A stretch of 64,000 nt of DNA from Rhizomicrobium sp. (lineage in GTDB: Bacteria > Pseudomonadota > Alphaproteobacteria > Micropepsales > Micropepsaceae): positions 6,540 through 70,539 of the forward strand of contig DATGGN010000009.1 of the NCBI GenBank assembly GCA_035308485.1, given 5' to 3'. How positions within the stretch are numbered: position 1 is the first letter of the stretch; every line of letters starts with the position of its first letter. A model generated the notes under the pieces. That model made no database searches. It was not told where the DNA came from and worked only from the letters and a program-made list of their open reading frames with translations. Below are positions 9,448 through 18,773 of the stretch, piece after piece. The position numbers were made by a program, and so were the translations under genes.

Positions 9448-9864
9448 ATGCTGAAAGCCGTCGAGACGCAGCCTTTCATTGCCCCTCCGAAAGTCACGCT
9501 CGCAGGAGCCGAATACGAAATCCCGGTTCTCGCGCCGAAGCAGAACCGGATTGTCGTTCCGCTCATCGATAGCGTGTTTCCGAAGATAGAGAACGCGCGG
9601 CGTAAATCATTCGCCGATCCGGCCGACGAAAAGAAGGGTGTCGTCGCCTATCGCTGGATGGTCGAATTGGTGCTGAACGGCGCCTATGACGATCTTTGCG
9701 CGGTCACGCATGCGGCGCTCACGCGCACGTTGCCGGACCTCACGCGCGCGGAATTCGACGATTGGGCGGTCGATACGTTCGAACTGCTGGCGGCTGTCGC
9801 CGTGATTGCGCGGCAGGCGGGGCTTATCAGGGATGTGGTGACGGCGACAAAGCCGTCAGCGTAG
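9448..9864 (+). CDS. Tail assembly chaperone, G-like paralog
   Basis: VTLAGAEYEIPVLAPKQNR..ALTRTLPDL matches the N-domain of 8776; SD GAGG. Confidence 0.75.
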   Translation: MLKAVETQPFIAPPKVTLAGAEYEIPVLAPKQNRIVVPLIDSVFPKIENARRKSFADPADEKKGVVAYRWMVELVLNGAYDDLCAVTHAALTRTLPDLTRAEFDDWAVDTFELLAAVAVIARQAGLIRDVVTATKPSA

Positions 9865-10260
9865 CGGCCATATGCGAGGTGCGTTGGTGCGGAAGGACCA
9901 TTCGTTGATGGTGCCCCGCCCGTAGAATCCGCCGTCGCGGTCGCGCCAGCCCCAAGAACCGTCCGGCGTGCTGAAAACCTGATCCGCGTGGTCTCCGTCG
10001 TCGCAGTTCCACAATTCGCAGCCGTACCAGAGGAACGTTTCTTTCCATGCACCGCCCGTCAGCGGTTGCAGCGAAAACACGTAATCGTGCGCGCCATAGC
10101 CGCGCGCAACGCCATACAGGCTGCCACGAACCTGGGCCACGCCGACGACGTGCCCCCATGCGCGGTAGATCGGTGCGCAGCCGGTCTTTGTACAGCGGTC
10201 CACGTCCGCGCCATTTGCGAGATAGATGACGGAAGCCATCAATAGCGGCAGTGGCGACAA
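9856..10260 (-). CDS. Opposite-strand moron, putative exported protein with degenerate GloVer-like repeat motifs
   Basis: GGGGA SD then TTG; hydrophobic N-terminus; GSLYG, VFSLQP..GGAWKET and GG.YG.GTI motifs. Confidence 0.5.
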   Translation of the reverse strand: MSPLPLLMASVIYLANGADVDRCTKTGCAPIYRAWGHVVGVAQVRGSLYGVARGYGAHDYVFSLQPLTGGAWKETFLWYGCELWNCDDGDHADQVFSTPDGSWGWRDRDGGFYGRGTINEWSFRTNAPRIWPLR

Positions 10261-10293
10261 GTGAAATCCCCCAAAAGCGTCAGGAATTAAAGT

Positions 10294-12630
10294 ATGGCCG
10301 ATAACATTTCTGTCAAGATCACTGCCGATGTCGTCGACCTGCAATCGCAGTTCGCGGTCGCGCGCTCGGAATCTTCCGCCCTCACGCAGGAGCTGAACAA
10401 GCTCGCCCGGCAGGCGGCAAGCACCGGCCTGACCGACGAGCTGAAAGGGCAGCTTGACGCCGCGGCAGAAGCGATGCTCCAGGCGAAGGCCCGGACGGCA
10501 GATCTGTCCGCGCAGTTGAAAGAGGCGCAGGGGTCCTCGTCCGCCATGGCGCAGGACCTCGACAAAGACGCAGCGCTCGTCGATCGCGCGTTCGTGCGGA
10601 TGGCCGCGGCTGCCGCCGCGTACAAGGCCATCGATCTCGTCGACAACTCCATCGAATACGCGGCCAGCATCCAGCACATGTCGGAAGTGCTTGGGATTTC
10701 CGGCGACGATCTGCAGGCGTTCTACTACGCCATGCGGCAGACCGGTGGCACGACCGACGAAGCCGACACCATCCTGCGCCGGTTCATGGCGAATCTCGGC
10801 GGGGCCGCAGACGGCACGCTTCCGCAGGCAGAGAAGGCGATCGAGGCGGTCGGCCTGACGGTCGACGAACTACAGGGCTCACCCACCGCGGCGCTTCAGA
10901 AGCTTGCGGCGGGCATTCTCGCCGTCAAGGACCCGACCGAACAGGCCCGCCTCGAAATGGAGCTTGCGGGGCGTTCCGGCGAAGACCTGCGCCCGGTTCT
11001 TGAAGCGCTCGCCGGCGGCTTCGATGCCATGAAGGAAAAGGCCCAGGCCGCCGGGCAGGTGCTCGACGCAGACACGCGGAAGGGCGCCGAAGACGCTGAG
11101 ATCGCCATCAGCAATGCGAAGACTGCGATAGAGGGTTTGCTCGCAGAAGGCGTTGTGGACTGGGCCCATGCCGCGGGTGAAGCCTTCGACTGGCTCGCGC
11201 CGAAAGCCGAGGCGCTCGGTCGCGCCTTTGCCTCCATCATGGGTGCGCCGGTTGACAAAGGCGCGCCGACGAGTGCCCCGGACTGGCTGAAATCGCACCA
11301 GGGCAATCTGCCGTCGACGGCTGGCGGCCTCGGCCTCGACATGCAGACGCCGCAGATGCCGGAGGTAACGCCTCCGACCATCGAGAGCGAAGGCCAGGCG
11401 AACAAGACAGCCGAGATCGCCCGCCGGCTATCCGACGCAATTGCACAGGCGGCCGAACAGCTTGCGCTCAAGCAGATTTCCGCCGCCGAATCCGCCAACA
11501 ATTTCGAACTGCAGATGGGGCAGGAAAGCCTTGAGCAGTGGAAGGCGAAAGCCGTCGAAGAAGCGGACGCGAAGTACAACGCGGAACTAACCTACCTTCA
11601 GCGAAAAGCCGCGGCCGACAAAGGTAATGTCGTCGAGGAACAGAAAGACCTCGACCAGATCAAGGCGCTCCATCAGGAGCACGCGAACGCGCTGCAGGAA
11701 ATCGACCAGCAATACGCGCAGAAGAAGCAGCAGGTCGACCGCGAGGAATTGCAGGAATTCCTCTCCGCGGAGAACGCGAAGCTGCAGGACGCGCTGCGCA
11801 CGCTCAACGCCGAATTCAGCGAGCACAAGATCAGCGCCGATCAGCGCTACCAGCTCGAACAGCAGCTCACCAACGAAATCTACGGCGAGGAACTGAAGCG
11901 CCTCGACGTGCTGCTCGCCACGCTCACGCAAGGCACGAAAGCGTACGAAGACGCGATCAAGGAGCGCGAGAAGGTCGAGCAGGAATTCACCAAGCAGTCC
12001 ATCGCGAACACCAACCAGCTCGAGACCCAGGAAGCGCAGAAGTGGACGCAGCTCGGCAACAGCATCAAGTCGAGCTTCAATTCCGCGCTCGACGGGATGC
12101 TTTTCGAGGGCAAGACCTTCGGGCAGGGCATGCTCGAAATAGCCGAAGGCATCATCAAGGCCTTCCTCAATATGGGCGAGACGATCGCGGAGAACTGGAT
12201 CGAAACACAGATCGCGTCGATGTTTGAAACCAAAACCACGCAGGGCACGACCGCGCTTGGGGAAGTGTCCGACGCCGCGGCTGTCGCTGGCGCGAATGCC
12301 TACGCGGCGTATGCTGCGATGCCCCCCGTCGCGGCGGCAATGGCCGCGGATGCCGTGTCCACAACCATGGGGTTTGCCAGCCTCATCGCGCTCGAAACCG
12401 GCACGAACTACGTTCCCCGCGATATGCCGGCATTCCTGCACAGGGGTGAGGCCGTCATTCCGGCGCGGTACAACAACACGAACAATAACAGCAGCGACGT
12501 TGCGTTGAACTATTCCCCGACCATCAATTCGCGTGAGCCCGCAACGCTTGGGCAAATGCTGCAGACACACGGGCACGAAATGCACGCTTGGATTCGCCGC
12601 GAGTTCCGCAATGGCGCCTTGCGCGCCTGA
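10294..12630 (+). CDS. Tail tape measure protein
   Basis: 778 aa, Ala/Gln/Glu-rich helical; ETGTNYVP.D..AFLH.GE.VIP C-terminal motif. Confidence 0.92.
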   Translation: MADNISVKITADVVDLQSQFAVARSESSALTQELNKLARQAASTGLTDELKGQLDAAAEAMLQAKARTADLSAQLKEAQGSSSAMAQDLDKDAALVDRAFVRMAAAAAAYKAIDLVDNSIEYAASIQHMSEVLGISGDDLQAFYYAMRQTGGTTDEADTILRRFMANLGGAADGTLPQAEKAIEAVGLTVDELQGSPTAALQKLAAGILAVKDPTEQARLEMELAGRSGEDLRPVLEALAGGFDAMKEKAQAAGQVLDADTRKGAEDAEIAISNAKTAIEGLLAEGVVDWAHAAGEAFDWLAPKAEALGRAFASIMGAPVDKGAPTSAPDWLKSHQGNLPSTAGGLGLDMQTPQMPEVTPPTIESEGQANKTAEIARRLSDAIAQAAEQLALKQISAAESANNFELQMGQESLEQWKAKAVEEADAKYNAELTYLQRKAAADKGNVVEEQKDLDQIKALHQEHANALQEIDQQYAQKKQQVDREELQEFLSAENAKLQDALRTLNAEFSEHKISADQRYQLEQQLTNEIYGEELKRLDVLLATLTQGTKAYEDAIKEREKVEQEFTKQSIANTNQLETQEAQKWTQLGNSIKSSFNSALDGMLFEGKTFGQGMLEIAEGIIKAFLNMGETIAENWIETQIASMFETKTTQGTTALGEVSDAAAVAGANAYAAYAAMPPVAAAMAADAVSTTMGFASLIALETGTNYVPRDMPAFLHRGEAVIPARYNNTNNNSSDVALNYSPTINSREPATLGQMLQTHGHEMHAWIRREFRNGALRA

Positions 12631-12642
12631 GCGAGGGCGCGC

Positions 12643-13305
12643 ATGTTCACCTACCCCCGCAATCTTCCCGGGCTCGCCTATTCCAAAATCCGGCGGCCGA
12701 AGCACGGCATCTCCGTGCAGACCCACCAGTCGGGCGGCGAAGTGCGCATGTCCTACTGGTCGGAACCGCTGTGGGAATGGGACCTCACATACGAGCTGCT
12801 GCGCGACGGATTCCGTTACGGGCGCAATTTCGATGAGCTGAAGCAGATCGAGGGGCTGTTCCTTGCCTGCACGGGAAGTCTCACGGGCTTCCAGTTTCAC
12901 GACGACGACGACAACCGGGTCACGCGAACGCTCGCGGCAGAAACCGACGGCACGACAACGGCCTTCACGCTGAAACGCTATCGCGGTTCTTATGCCGGGG
13001 GACAACCCCTTGGTGTCGAAGCGATCGGCGTTCTGGACCTCTCGCAGCCGTTCAATCTGTACTTCAACTTGCAATCGGAAATCATCGATCCGAACGACCC
13101 GACATACGGCTACACGCTCGACACGTCGACGCCGAAGAACCAGCAGATTGTTTTCAATTCGGCGCCGCCAAACGGACACACGCTCGTCTGCGATATGTCG
13201 TACTTTTTCTATGTCCGCTTCCAGGCGGATTCGCTTGATCTCGAAAAATTCATGCATCAGCTGTGGTCGCTGAAAAAAGTGACCCTCGTATCGCTCCGGT
13301 ATTGA
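12643..13305 (+). CDS. Distal tail protein (DUF2460, GTA-like)
   Basis: SGGEVR, WEWDLTY, DGTTTAFTL and FYVRF..D motifs. Confidence 0.85.
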   Translation: MFTYPRNLPGLAYSKIRRPKHGISVQTHQSGGEVRMSYWSEPLWEWDLTYELLRDGFRYGRNFDELKQIEGLFLACTGSLTGFQFHDDDDNRVTRTLAAETDGTTTAFTLKRYRGSYAGGQPLGVEAIGVLDLSQPFNLYFNLQSEIIDPNDPTYGYTLDTSTPKNQQIVFNSAPPNGHTLVCDMSYFFYVRFQADSLDLEKFMHQLWSLKKVTLVSLRY

Positions 13306-13306
13306 T

Positions 13307-14224
13307 GTGCGCGAATTCGTCAATTACACGGATTCCGGCGGCCCGGCATTCCTGAATTCGCTGCGCGGCGCCCCGGGGCAGGTGATTGCCCGGGCGGTTG
13401 CCGAACTCTTCACGATCACGCTTGCCACAGGCACCATCTATCGCTGGACTTCGTACGACAAAAGCCTGACGGTGATTTCGAATACCTGGCTGGCGCCCAT
13501 CGACGGCGGTGCGCTCGTCACCTGCAACCGGCTTGGCGTGAAGAACACGGTCGAGGTTCCGGAACTGGAATTCCGCCTTGGCTGTTCGGATTCCCTGCTC
13601 GGAAACCTGAAGGCGCAGATTCACAACGGCCTGTTCGATGGCGCGACGGTCGAAATGGACCGCGTTTACATGCCGGCGGACGGTGATACCAGGTACGGCT
13701 ACATCGTCCTGTTTTCCGGGCGGCTTGCAGGCGTGACGATCGATGCGGAAGGCATCACGATCACCACCAAGGGCCACAACGTGCTGATGAACCAGCAGGC
13801 CCCGCGCAATCTGTACCAGACGAACTGCCTGCATACGTTCTGCGATCCGGGCTGCACGCTTCTGGCCTCGAATTACACCTTCACCGGGCTGACCTATATC
13901 GGCGGCGGCGACGCAAAGCATCTGCGCTGGACCGTGCCGGCCGGATTTACCGCCTCGCAGTTCACGCTCGGCAAGGTGACGATGACGAGTGGCCCGGCAA
14001 GCGGGCAAATCCGTACCGTTTCTCTTGCGGTGGCACTGGACCTGATCTTCACCTACCCGCTGTACACGGCACCGAACGTCAACGACACGTTCGATATCCT
14101 GATGGGCTGCGACCGGCAGCTCGCAAGTTGCCAGACGCGCAAGACAGCAGGCGGCTCAAGCGTCGACAATTCGCAGCATTACCGGGGCTTCCCATTCGTC
14201 CCGCAGGCCGAGCTGGCTGTGTAA
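13307..14224 (+). CDS. Baseplate hub (DUF2163 + BR0599-like C-terminus)
   Basis: GLFDGA, C.HTFCD..C and GCD....C...N..HYRGFPFVP motifs. Confidence 0.88.
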   Translation: MREFVNYTDSGGPAFLNSLRGAPGQVIARAVAELFTITLATGTIYRWTSYDKSLTVISNTWLAPIDGGALVTCNRLGVKNTVEVPELEFRLGCSDSLLGNLKAQIHNGLFDGATVEMDRVYMPADGDTRYGYIVLFSGRLAGVTIDAEGITITTKGHNVLMNQQAPRNLYQTNCLHTFCDPGCTLLASNYTFTGLTYIGGGDAKHLRWTVPAGFTASQFTLGKVTMTSGPASGQIRTVSLAVALDLIFTYPLYTAPNVNDTFDILMGCDRQLASCQTRKTAGGSSVDNSQHYRGFPFVPQAELAV

Positions 14225-14235
14225 GGGAGACAGGT

Positions 14236-14622
14236 ATGGCGAACGAGAAGAAATTCTTTTGCGTTTACGGGTTCGATACCCTGAAAACGGATTACGAATG
14301 TGTGGGTGCATTCACGCTCCGGGCTGACGCAGAGGCCTTTTCTGCCGCGTGTGATGCGGAGGCAGCGGGGGATAGCAAGCAGTACACTCGTTTCCCGGTC
14401 GTTACGCGCACAATGGCGGAAATGATCGATGCGGAAATCAAGGTTCGGCTTGGGCGGCTTGCCGATATTCTATTTGAGAAGGAACAGGCGGAACTTGATG
14501 CTAGGCAGCAGGACGCCGAGAGAACTGGCGCGAGCATAGCGTTCGCTTCCCGGCAGCTTGGAAATTTCCGCGAACTTTACACCCATGGCAAATTGCCTGT
14601 GCATGTCTCCAAACGAAGCTGA
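14236..14622 (+). CDS. Hypothetical moron inserted between hub and NlpC/P60
   Basis: SD GGGAGA; codon usage more AT-rich than neighbours. Confidence 0.6.
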   Translation: MANEKKFFCVYGFDTLKTDYECVGAFTLRADAEAFSAACDAEAAGDSKQYTRFPVVTRTMAEMIDAEIKVRLGRLADILFEKEQAELDARQQDAERTGASIAFASRQLGNFRELYTHGKLPVHVSKRS

Positions 14623-15088
14623 AGAGCGCGCGCACGTCTGCGCTATCGCGGAAACATGGCTCGGCACGCCGTTCCGCGATCAGGGCAAAGTCAGGGGGCC
14701 AAGCGGCGCCGTCGATTGTGCGATGCTGCTGGTCGCGACGTTTCAGGAAGCCGGGCTTGTCGATCCGGCGTTCGATCCTCGCCCCTATCCTCCACAATGG
14801 CATCTCCATCGCGACGAAGAGCGGTTCCTGAATGTCATTGACGGGCTGTTGAAGGCGCGGGGGCGAGGCGCGGAAGTACAGCGCGAGCCGATCCCGGGTG
14901 ACGTAATCGTCTATCGGGTTGCCCGCTGTTTCTCGCATGGCGGCATCATCGTGGAGAACAACCACGTCGTGCACGCCTATTACCGCTCGCAGCGTGTCGC
15001 GCTTTCCGGCCTGAACGAAGTCGAACTCGCCTGCCTTCCCGACGGCAAGCCAAGGCCGCGGAAAATCTTCGATCTCTGGGCGCACTGA
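14603..15088 (+). CDS. NlpC/P60 tail-associated peptidase
   Basis: WLGTPF..QG, VDCA and SHGGI motifs. Confidence 0.88.
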   Translation: MSPNEAEERAHVCAIAETWLGTPFRDQGKVRGPSGAVDCAMLLVATFQEAGLVDPAFDPRPYPPQWHLHRDEERFLNVIDGLLKARGRGAEVQREPIPGDVIVYRVARCFSHGGIIVENNHVVHAYYRSQRVALSGLNEVELACLPDGKPRPRKIFDLWAH

Positions 15089-15091
15089 TTC

Positions 15092-16588
15092 ATGCTCCGC
15101 AAATGCCTTCTCGCGTGCGCGAGCGCGCTGGTTCTGGTCGGCGGAATCGCCGCGGCGGACGGGTTCGGCGCATGGCGCCATCATCCGCACGAAGCGGTCG
15201 CGCAGATCGCGAACGACCTCATGGTCGCGTCGTTTCTTTCGGGCATGTCGGGAACGAATTCGTCTGGTTCCACGGTCTACACCGGCATCCAGCTTCAGAC
15301 CTCGGCGCAAGGGGTGCCGATCCAGATCGTCTGGGGCAAGAACCGCATCGCCCCCAACCTGATCTATTACGGCAATTTCCAGGCCCAAAAGCAGTCGGGC
15401 AAGGGCGCGGGCGGCAAGGGCGGCACGAAAGGCAGCGGGAACTACACCTACACGGCTTCCGTGATACTCGCACTCTGCGAAGGGCCGATCGACCGTGTTG
15501 AAGCCGTGTGGGCCGACCAAACGGAGTATTTTTATTCCGGCGGCGTCAGCCAGGGGCTTGTAAAGCTCAACCTCACGCTCGCATTTGGCACGGCGTCACA
15601 GGGCGTCGAGTTGTCAACGCCGCCGAACACAAACACGGTGGCCTATGCCTACACCGCGTATGTGTACACGGAGACCTACAAACTCGGCTCAAGCGCAGCG
15701 CTTCCCAACCATAATTTCGAGGTGGCTGGCATTCTCGCCTACACGGCACCGGGCGGGTTGGGAGATGCAAATCCGGCCGACATCGTCGACGATTTTCTGA
15801 CGAATGCGCAGTATGGGCTGCCGGGCCTTCCATCCTCCGTCATCGACGCGACGAGCCTCGCCTTCTACAAAACCTATTGCCAGGCGCAGGGGATATTCTT
15901 CTCTCCGGTCATTGGCGGCGACAACGGGCAGGAGCAGTGCTCGCAGATTCTTGACCGCTGGGCCTCGTTGTCCAACACCTGGATTTTCTGGTCGGGCAAC
16001 GTATTCAAATTCGTGCCGCTCGGCGATTCCGCGATCACGAACAACGGCGTCACGTACACGCCGAATCTGACCATCCAGTACAACCTCACCTACGACGATT
16101 TCATCGCCACGAAGGTCAAGCAGGGTTCGTCGAGCGGTGATGGAGCTAGCAAGACCGGCGATGGCGGTCCGATCCAGGTTACCCGCGCCGATCCCGCCGA
16201 TTGCCCGAACCATGTGAAGATCGAGATCAAGGACAGGGGAAATTCCTACAACGCCGCGCCCTACGAGTGGCAGGACCAGGGCCTCGTCGACCAGTTCGGC
16301 CAGATTGATTCGCAGGTCACCGAGGCCCATGAAATCTGCGAACAGTCGATCGCCGCGATCTGTTGCCAGCTCATCGGCCAGCGAGGCGCGTACATCCGCA
16401 ACACCTATGCGTTCAAGCTCGGCTACGAATTCGTGCTGCTCGAGCCAGGCGATCTCGTGACCCTGACGGACCCGCATCTGGGGCTGAACCAGTTCCCGGT
16501 TCGCATCCGCTCGGTCGACGAAGACGAAAGCGGGAACCTGTCCGTCGTGGCCGAAGAATTTCCGGGCACCATCGGAACGGCCAACTGA
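15092..16588 (+). CDS. Tail tip/central fibre protein, N-terminal part (phage-tail_3-like)
   Basis: IVWGKNRIAPNLIYY, ALCEGPI, DANPADI and LEPGDLVTL motifs; hydrophobic signal-like N-terminus. Confidence 0.85.
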   Translation: MLRKCLLACASALVLVGGIAAADGFGAWRHHPHEAVAQIANDLMVASFLSGMSGTNSSGSTVYTGIQLQTSAQGVPIQIVWGKNRIAPNLIYYGNFQAQKQSGKGAGGKGGTKGSGNYTYTASVILALCEGPIDRVEAVWADQTEYFYSGGVSQGLVKLNLTLAFGTASQGVELSTPPNTNTVAYAYTAYVYTETYKLGSSAALPNHNFEVAGILAYTAPGGLGDANPADIVDDFLTNAQYGLPGLPSSVIDATSLAFYKTYCQAQGIFFSPVIGGDNGQEQCSQILDRWASLSNTWIFWSGNVFKFVPLGDSAITNNGVTYTPNLTIQYNLTYDDFIATKVKQGSSSGDGASKTGDGGPIQVTRADPADCPNHVKIEIKDRGNSYNAAPYEWQDQGLVDQFGQIDSQVTEAHEICEQSIAAICCQLIGQRGAYIRNTYAFKLGYEFVLLEPGDLVTLTDPHLGLNQFPVRIRSVDEDESGNLSVVAEEFPGTIGTAN

Positions 16589-17607
16589 TGCCGGGCAACC
16601 AGAATTCGGCGACGAACGTCCGCAACGATCCCAACGTCGATCCCGGGCCCGTCAACCCGCCGGGCATTATCGAGCCGGCGGCGTCGTTCACCGCCGGGAT
16701 CCCGCAGCTTTGGGTCGCGGCTTCCGGAGGGGCCGACTGGGGCGGCTGCATCGTCAACGTCTCGTTCGACGGCGGCACGACCTATAAGGACATCGGCGTC
16801 ATCACGCAGCCGGCGCTGCAGGGCGTGCTCACGGCCGGCATCACCTATGTCGCCGATCCGGACACGACGAACACGCTCGGCATCGATCTCACGCAATCGG
16901 CCGGAATCATGCCGACAAGCGCGACGCACGCCGATGCCGATGCGTTGCGCACCCTGGCGCTGATCAGCGACGCATTCACAACGACCGTTCCCAGCACCGG
17001 AGAGATGATTGCCTACGGCACCGCTGCGGCGACGGGACTGTACACCAGCGACCTGACCTATCTCAGGAGGGGCGTGCTCGGCACTGTCGACCGCGGTCAC
17101 TCCATCGGCGCGTTCTTCACCCGGTTCGATCTTTCCGAACTCGGCCTGCCGACGAACTCGGCGCTGATCTGGAACCTGCCGCCGCAATATATCGGCGCCT
17201 CGCTCGTCCTGAAGCTGCAGAGCTTCAACAATTTCGGCAACGCGCTCGAGGATATCTCGACCGTCACTGCCTATTCCTACACGCCAAGTGGCGGCGGTTA
17301 CGGCGGCGGCAGCGGCAGTGTCCCGACCACACCGACGGGATTTGCCGGCTATGCGCGCGGGACGAGCGGCAACGGTTACAACCAGCTCCTGTGGAACGCC
17401 AATCCGCTGGCCGATATCGTACAGTATTACACCGTGCAGCGGCGCGTGCACAGCATCGGTTCGTACACGACCATCGGCACGACGGCGAACACGATCTTCT
17501 ACGACAACAGCGCCGCCACCGGCATTCAGTACGACTACCAGCTGACGGCACACAACGCGAACGGCGACAGTTCGGCCGCCGGTCCAGTCACCATCACCAC
17601 GAACTAA
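16588..17607 (+). CDS. Tail tip protein, C-terminal part with FN3 domain
   Basis: TGATG coupling; WGGC.V..S.DG, LRRG..GT and SFN.FG motifs; Y.YQLTA.N..GDS FN3 pattern. Confidence 0.8.
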   Translation: MPGNQNSATNVRNDPNVDPGPVNPPGIIEPAASFTAGIPQLWVAASGGADWGGCIVNVSFDGGTTYKDIGVITQPALQGVLTAGITYVADPDTTNTLGIDLTQSAGIMPTSATHADADALRTLALISDAFTTTVPSTGEMIAYGTAAATGLYTSDLTYLRRGVLGTVDRGHSIGAFFTRFDLSELGLPTNSALIWNLPPQYIGASLVLKLQSFNNFGNALEDISTVTAYSYTPSGGGYGGGSGSVPTTPTGFAGYARGTSGNGYNQLLWNANPLADIVQYYTVQRRVHSIGSYTTIGTTANTIFYDNSAATGIQYDYQLTAHNANGDSSAAGPVTITTN

Positions 17608-17647
17608 GGCGCGCGCCTCCGGCGGCAGCGCATCAAAGGACTCCAGC

Positions 17648-18142
17648 ATGACAGTGCAAGGCCCCATCGTGCTCCAGGCGCCAGGACCGAACATCGTGTT
17701 CGGCACGGCGCCTTCGGGTGCGTCCTACACATCGGATTCCAACGGCTTTATCGCCGTGCTCGGAACGACGATCAATCAGGCCAGCGATATCGCCTTTCTT
17801 CTTACCGCCGGGTGCGTCTGCCTTTCCCCCGGCGGCTTCGGCGGCAATTCGAACCAGACCGGCACGTCCTACACGGTGCAGCTCACCGACAACGCACAGG
17901 AGATTGTCTGTACGAATGCGGGCGCCTTCACGCTCAATCTGCCGAAGACGTTCCCGGTCGGTTTCTTCGCCAATGCCACGCAGGGCGGGGCCGGCACCGT
18001 GACCGCCAACGCGCTGTCCGGCGCTTCGACCGTCGGTGCGCATCAGACCACGAGCGGACAATACCTCCAGCTCAAATGCGTGGTGATCGCTAACAGCGAC
18101 GGCAATTCTGCCGTGTGGGACACGATCCGGGTGGGCGCGTAG
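17648..18142 (+). CDS. Tail-associated hypothetical protein
   Basis: SD AAGGA; NQTGTSYT..LTD..TLNLP..FPVGF motif typical of fibre modules. Confidence 0.7.
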   Translation: MTVQGPIVLQAPGPNIVFGTAPSGASYTSDSNGFIAVLGTTINQASDIAFLLTAGCVCLSPGGFGGNSNQTGTSYTVQLTDNAQEIVCTNAGAFTLNLPKTFPVGFFANATQGGAGTVTANALSGASTVGAHQTTSGQYLQLKCVVIANSDGNSAVWDTIRVGA

Positions 18143-18185
18143 CACCATGCCATCGAGCAGCGAAGCGATAGGGCGTTAAATAATC

Positions 18186-18773
18186 ATGGCCCTCAACAAC
18201 GCCTCCTATTCGTTCTCCTGTACGGTAAAGCAGGCGAACAACCAGCCCTACGACCTGACGGGCAAGTCGCTCGTCATGGGCTTCAAGAATTCGACGGGAC
18301 CGACGGGAACCGGCTTCACCACGATCCAGACCTCCGACAATTCCATTGCCGTACAGTCTCCGGCAACCAACGGCATCTTCGTTGGCACGCTTTCCAAGCT
18401 CCAGATGGCCGCGATGGCGCAGGGTACCTGGTACTGGGACATGCTCGACATCACCAATTCCGATTTGCCCATTGCGATGGGGGCGGGAATTCTGCTGGTG
18501 CAGCAGGGCATTACGCAGTCGGCCACGCCGGTCACGCCATCACCCGGGCTTCTCATGCCGGGCTTTTCCGATTCCATCTCGGTCGTCATGCCTGGAGATT
18601 CGATCGTCCTGACGATGGCGCCGCAGGGCCCGCCGGGAACGGGCGCGAGTTTTGCGCCGCAGAGCGTGCCGAGCGCGCCGGCGGAAGGCTTCCTCGTCTA
18701 CTGCGATTCCGCCGACGGCCTTCTCAAGGCGATTTCTTCGAATGGCAACATCACGGATCTGGCGCTGCCATGA
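18186..18773 (+). CDS. BppU-like fibre adaptor protein
   Basis: PYDLTG..A.NG...GTWYWD pattern; GPPG collagen-like stub. Confidence 0.6.
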   Translation: MALNNASYSFSCTVKQANNQPYDLTGKSLVMGFKNSTGPTGTGFTTIQTSDNSIAVQSPATNGIFVGTLSKLQMAAMAQGTWYWDMLDITNSDLPIAMGAGILLVQQGITQSATPVTPSPGLLMPGFSDSISVVMPGDSIVLTMAPQGPPGTGASFAPQSVPSAPAEGFLVYCDSADGLLKAISSNGNITDLALP

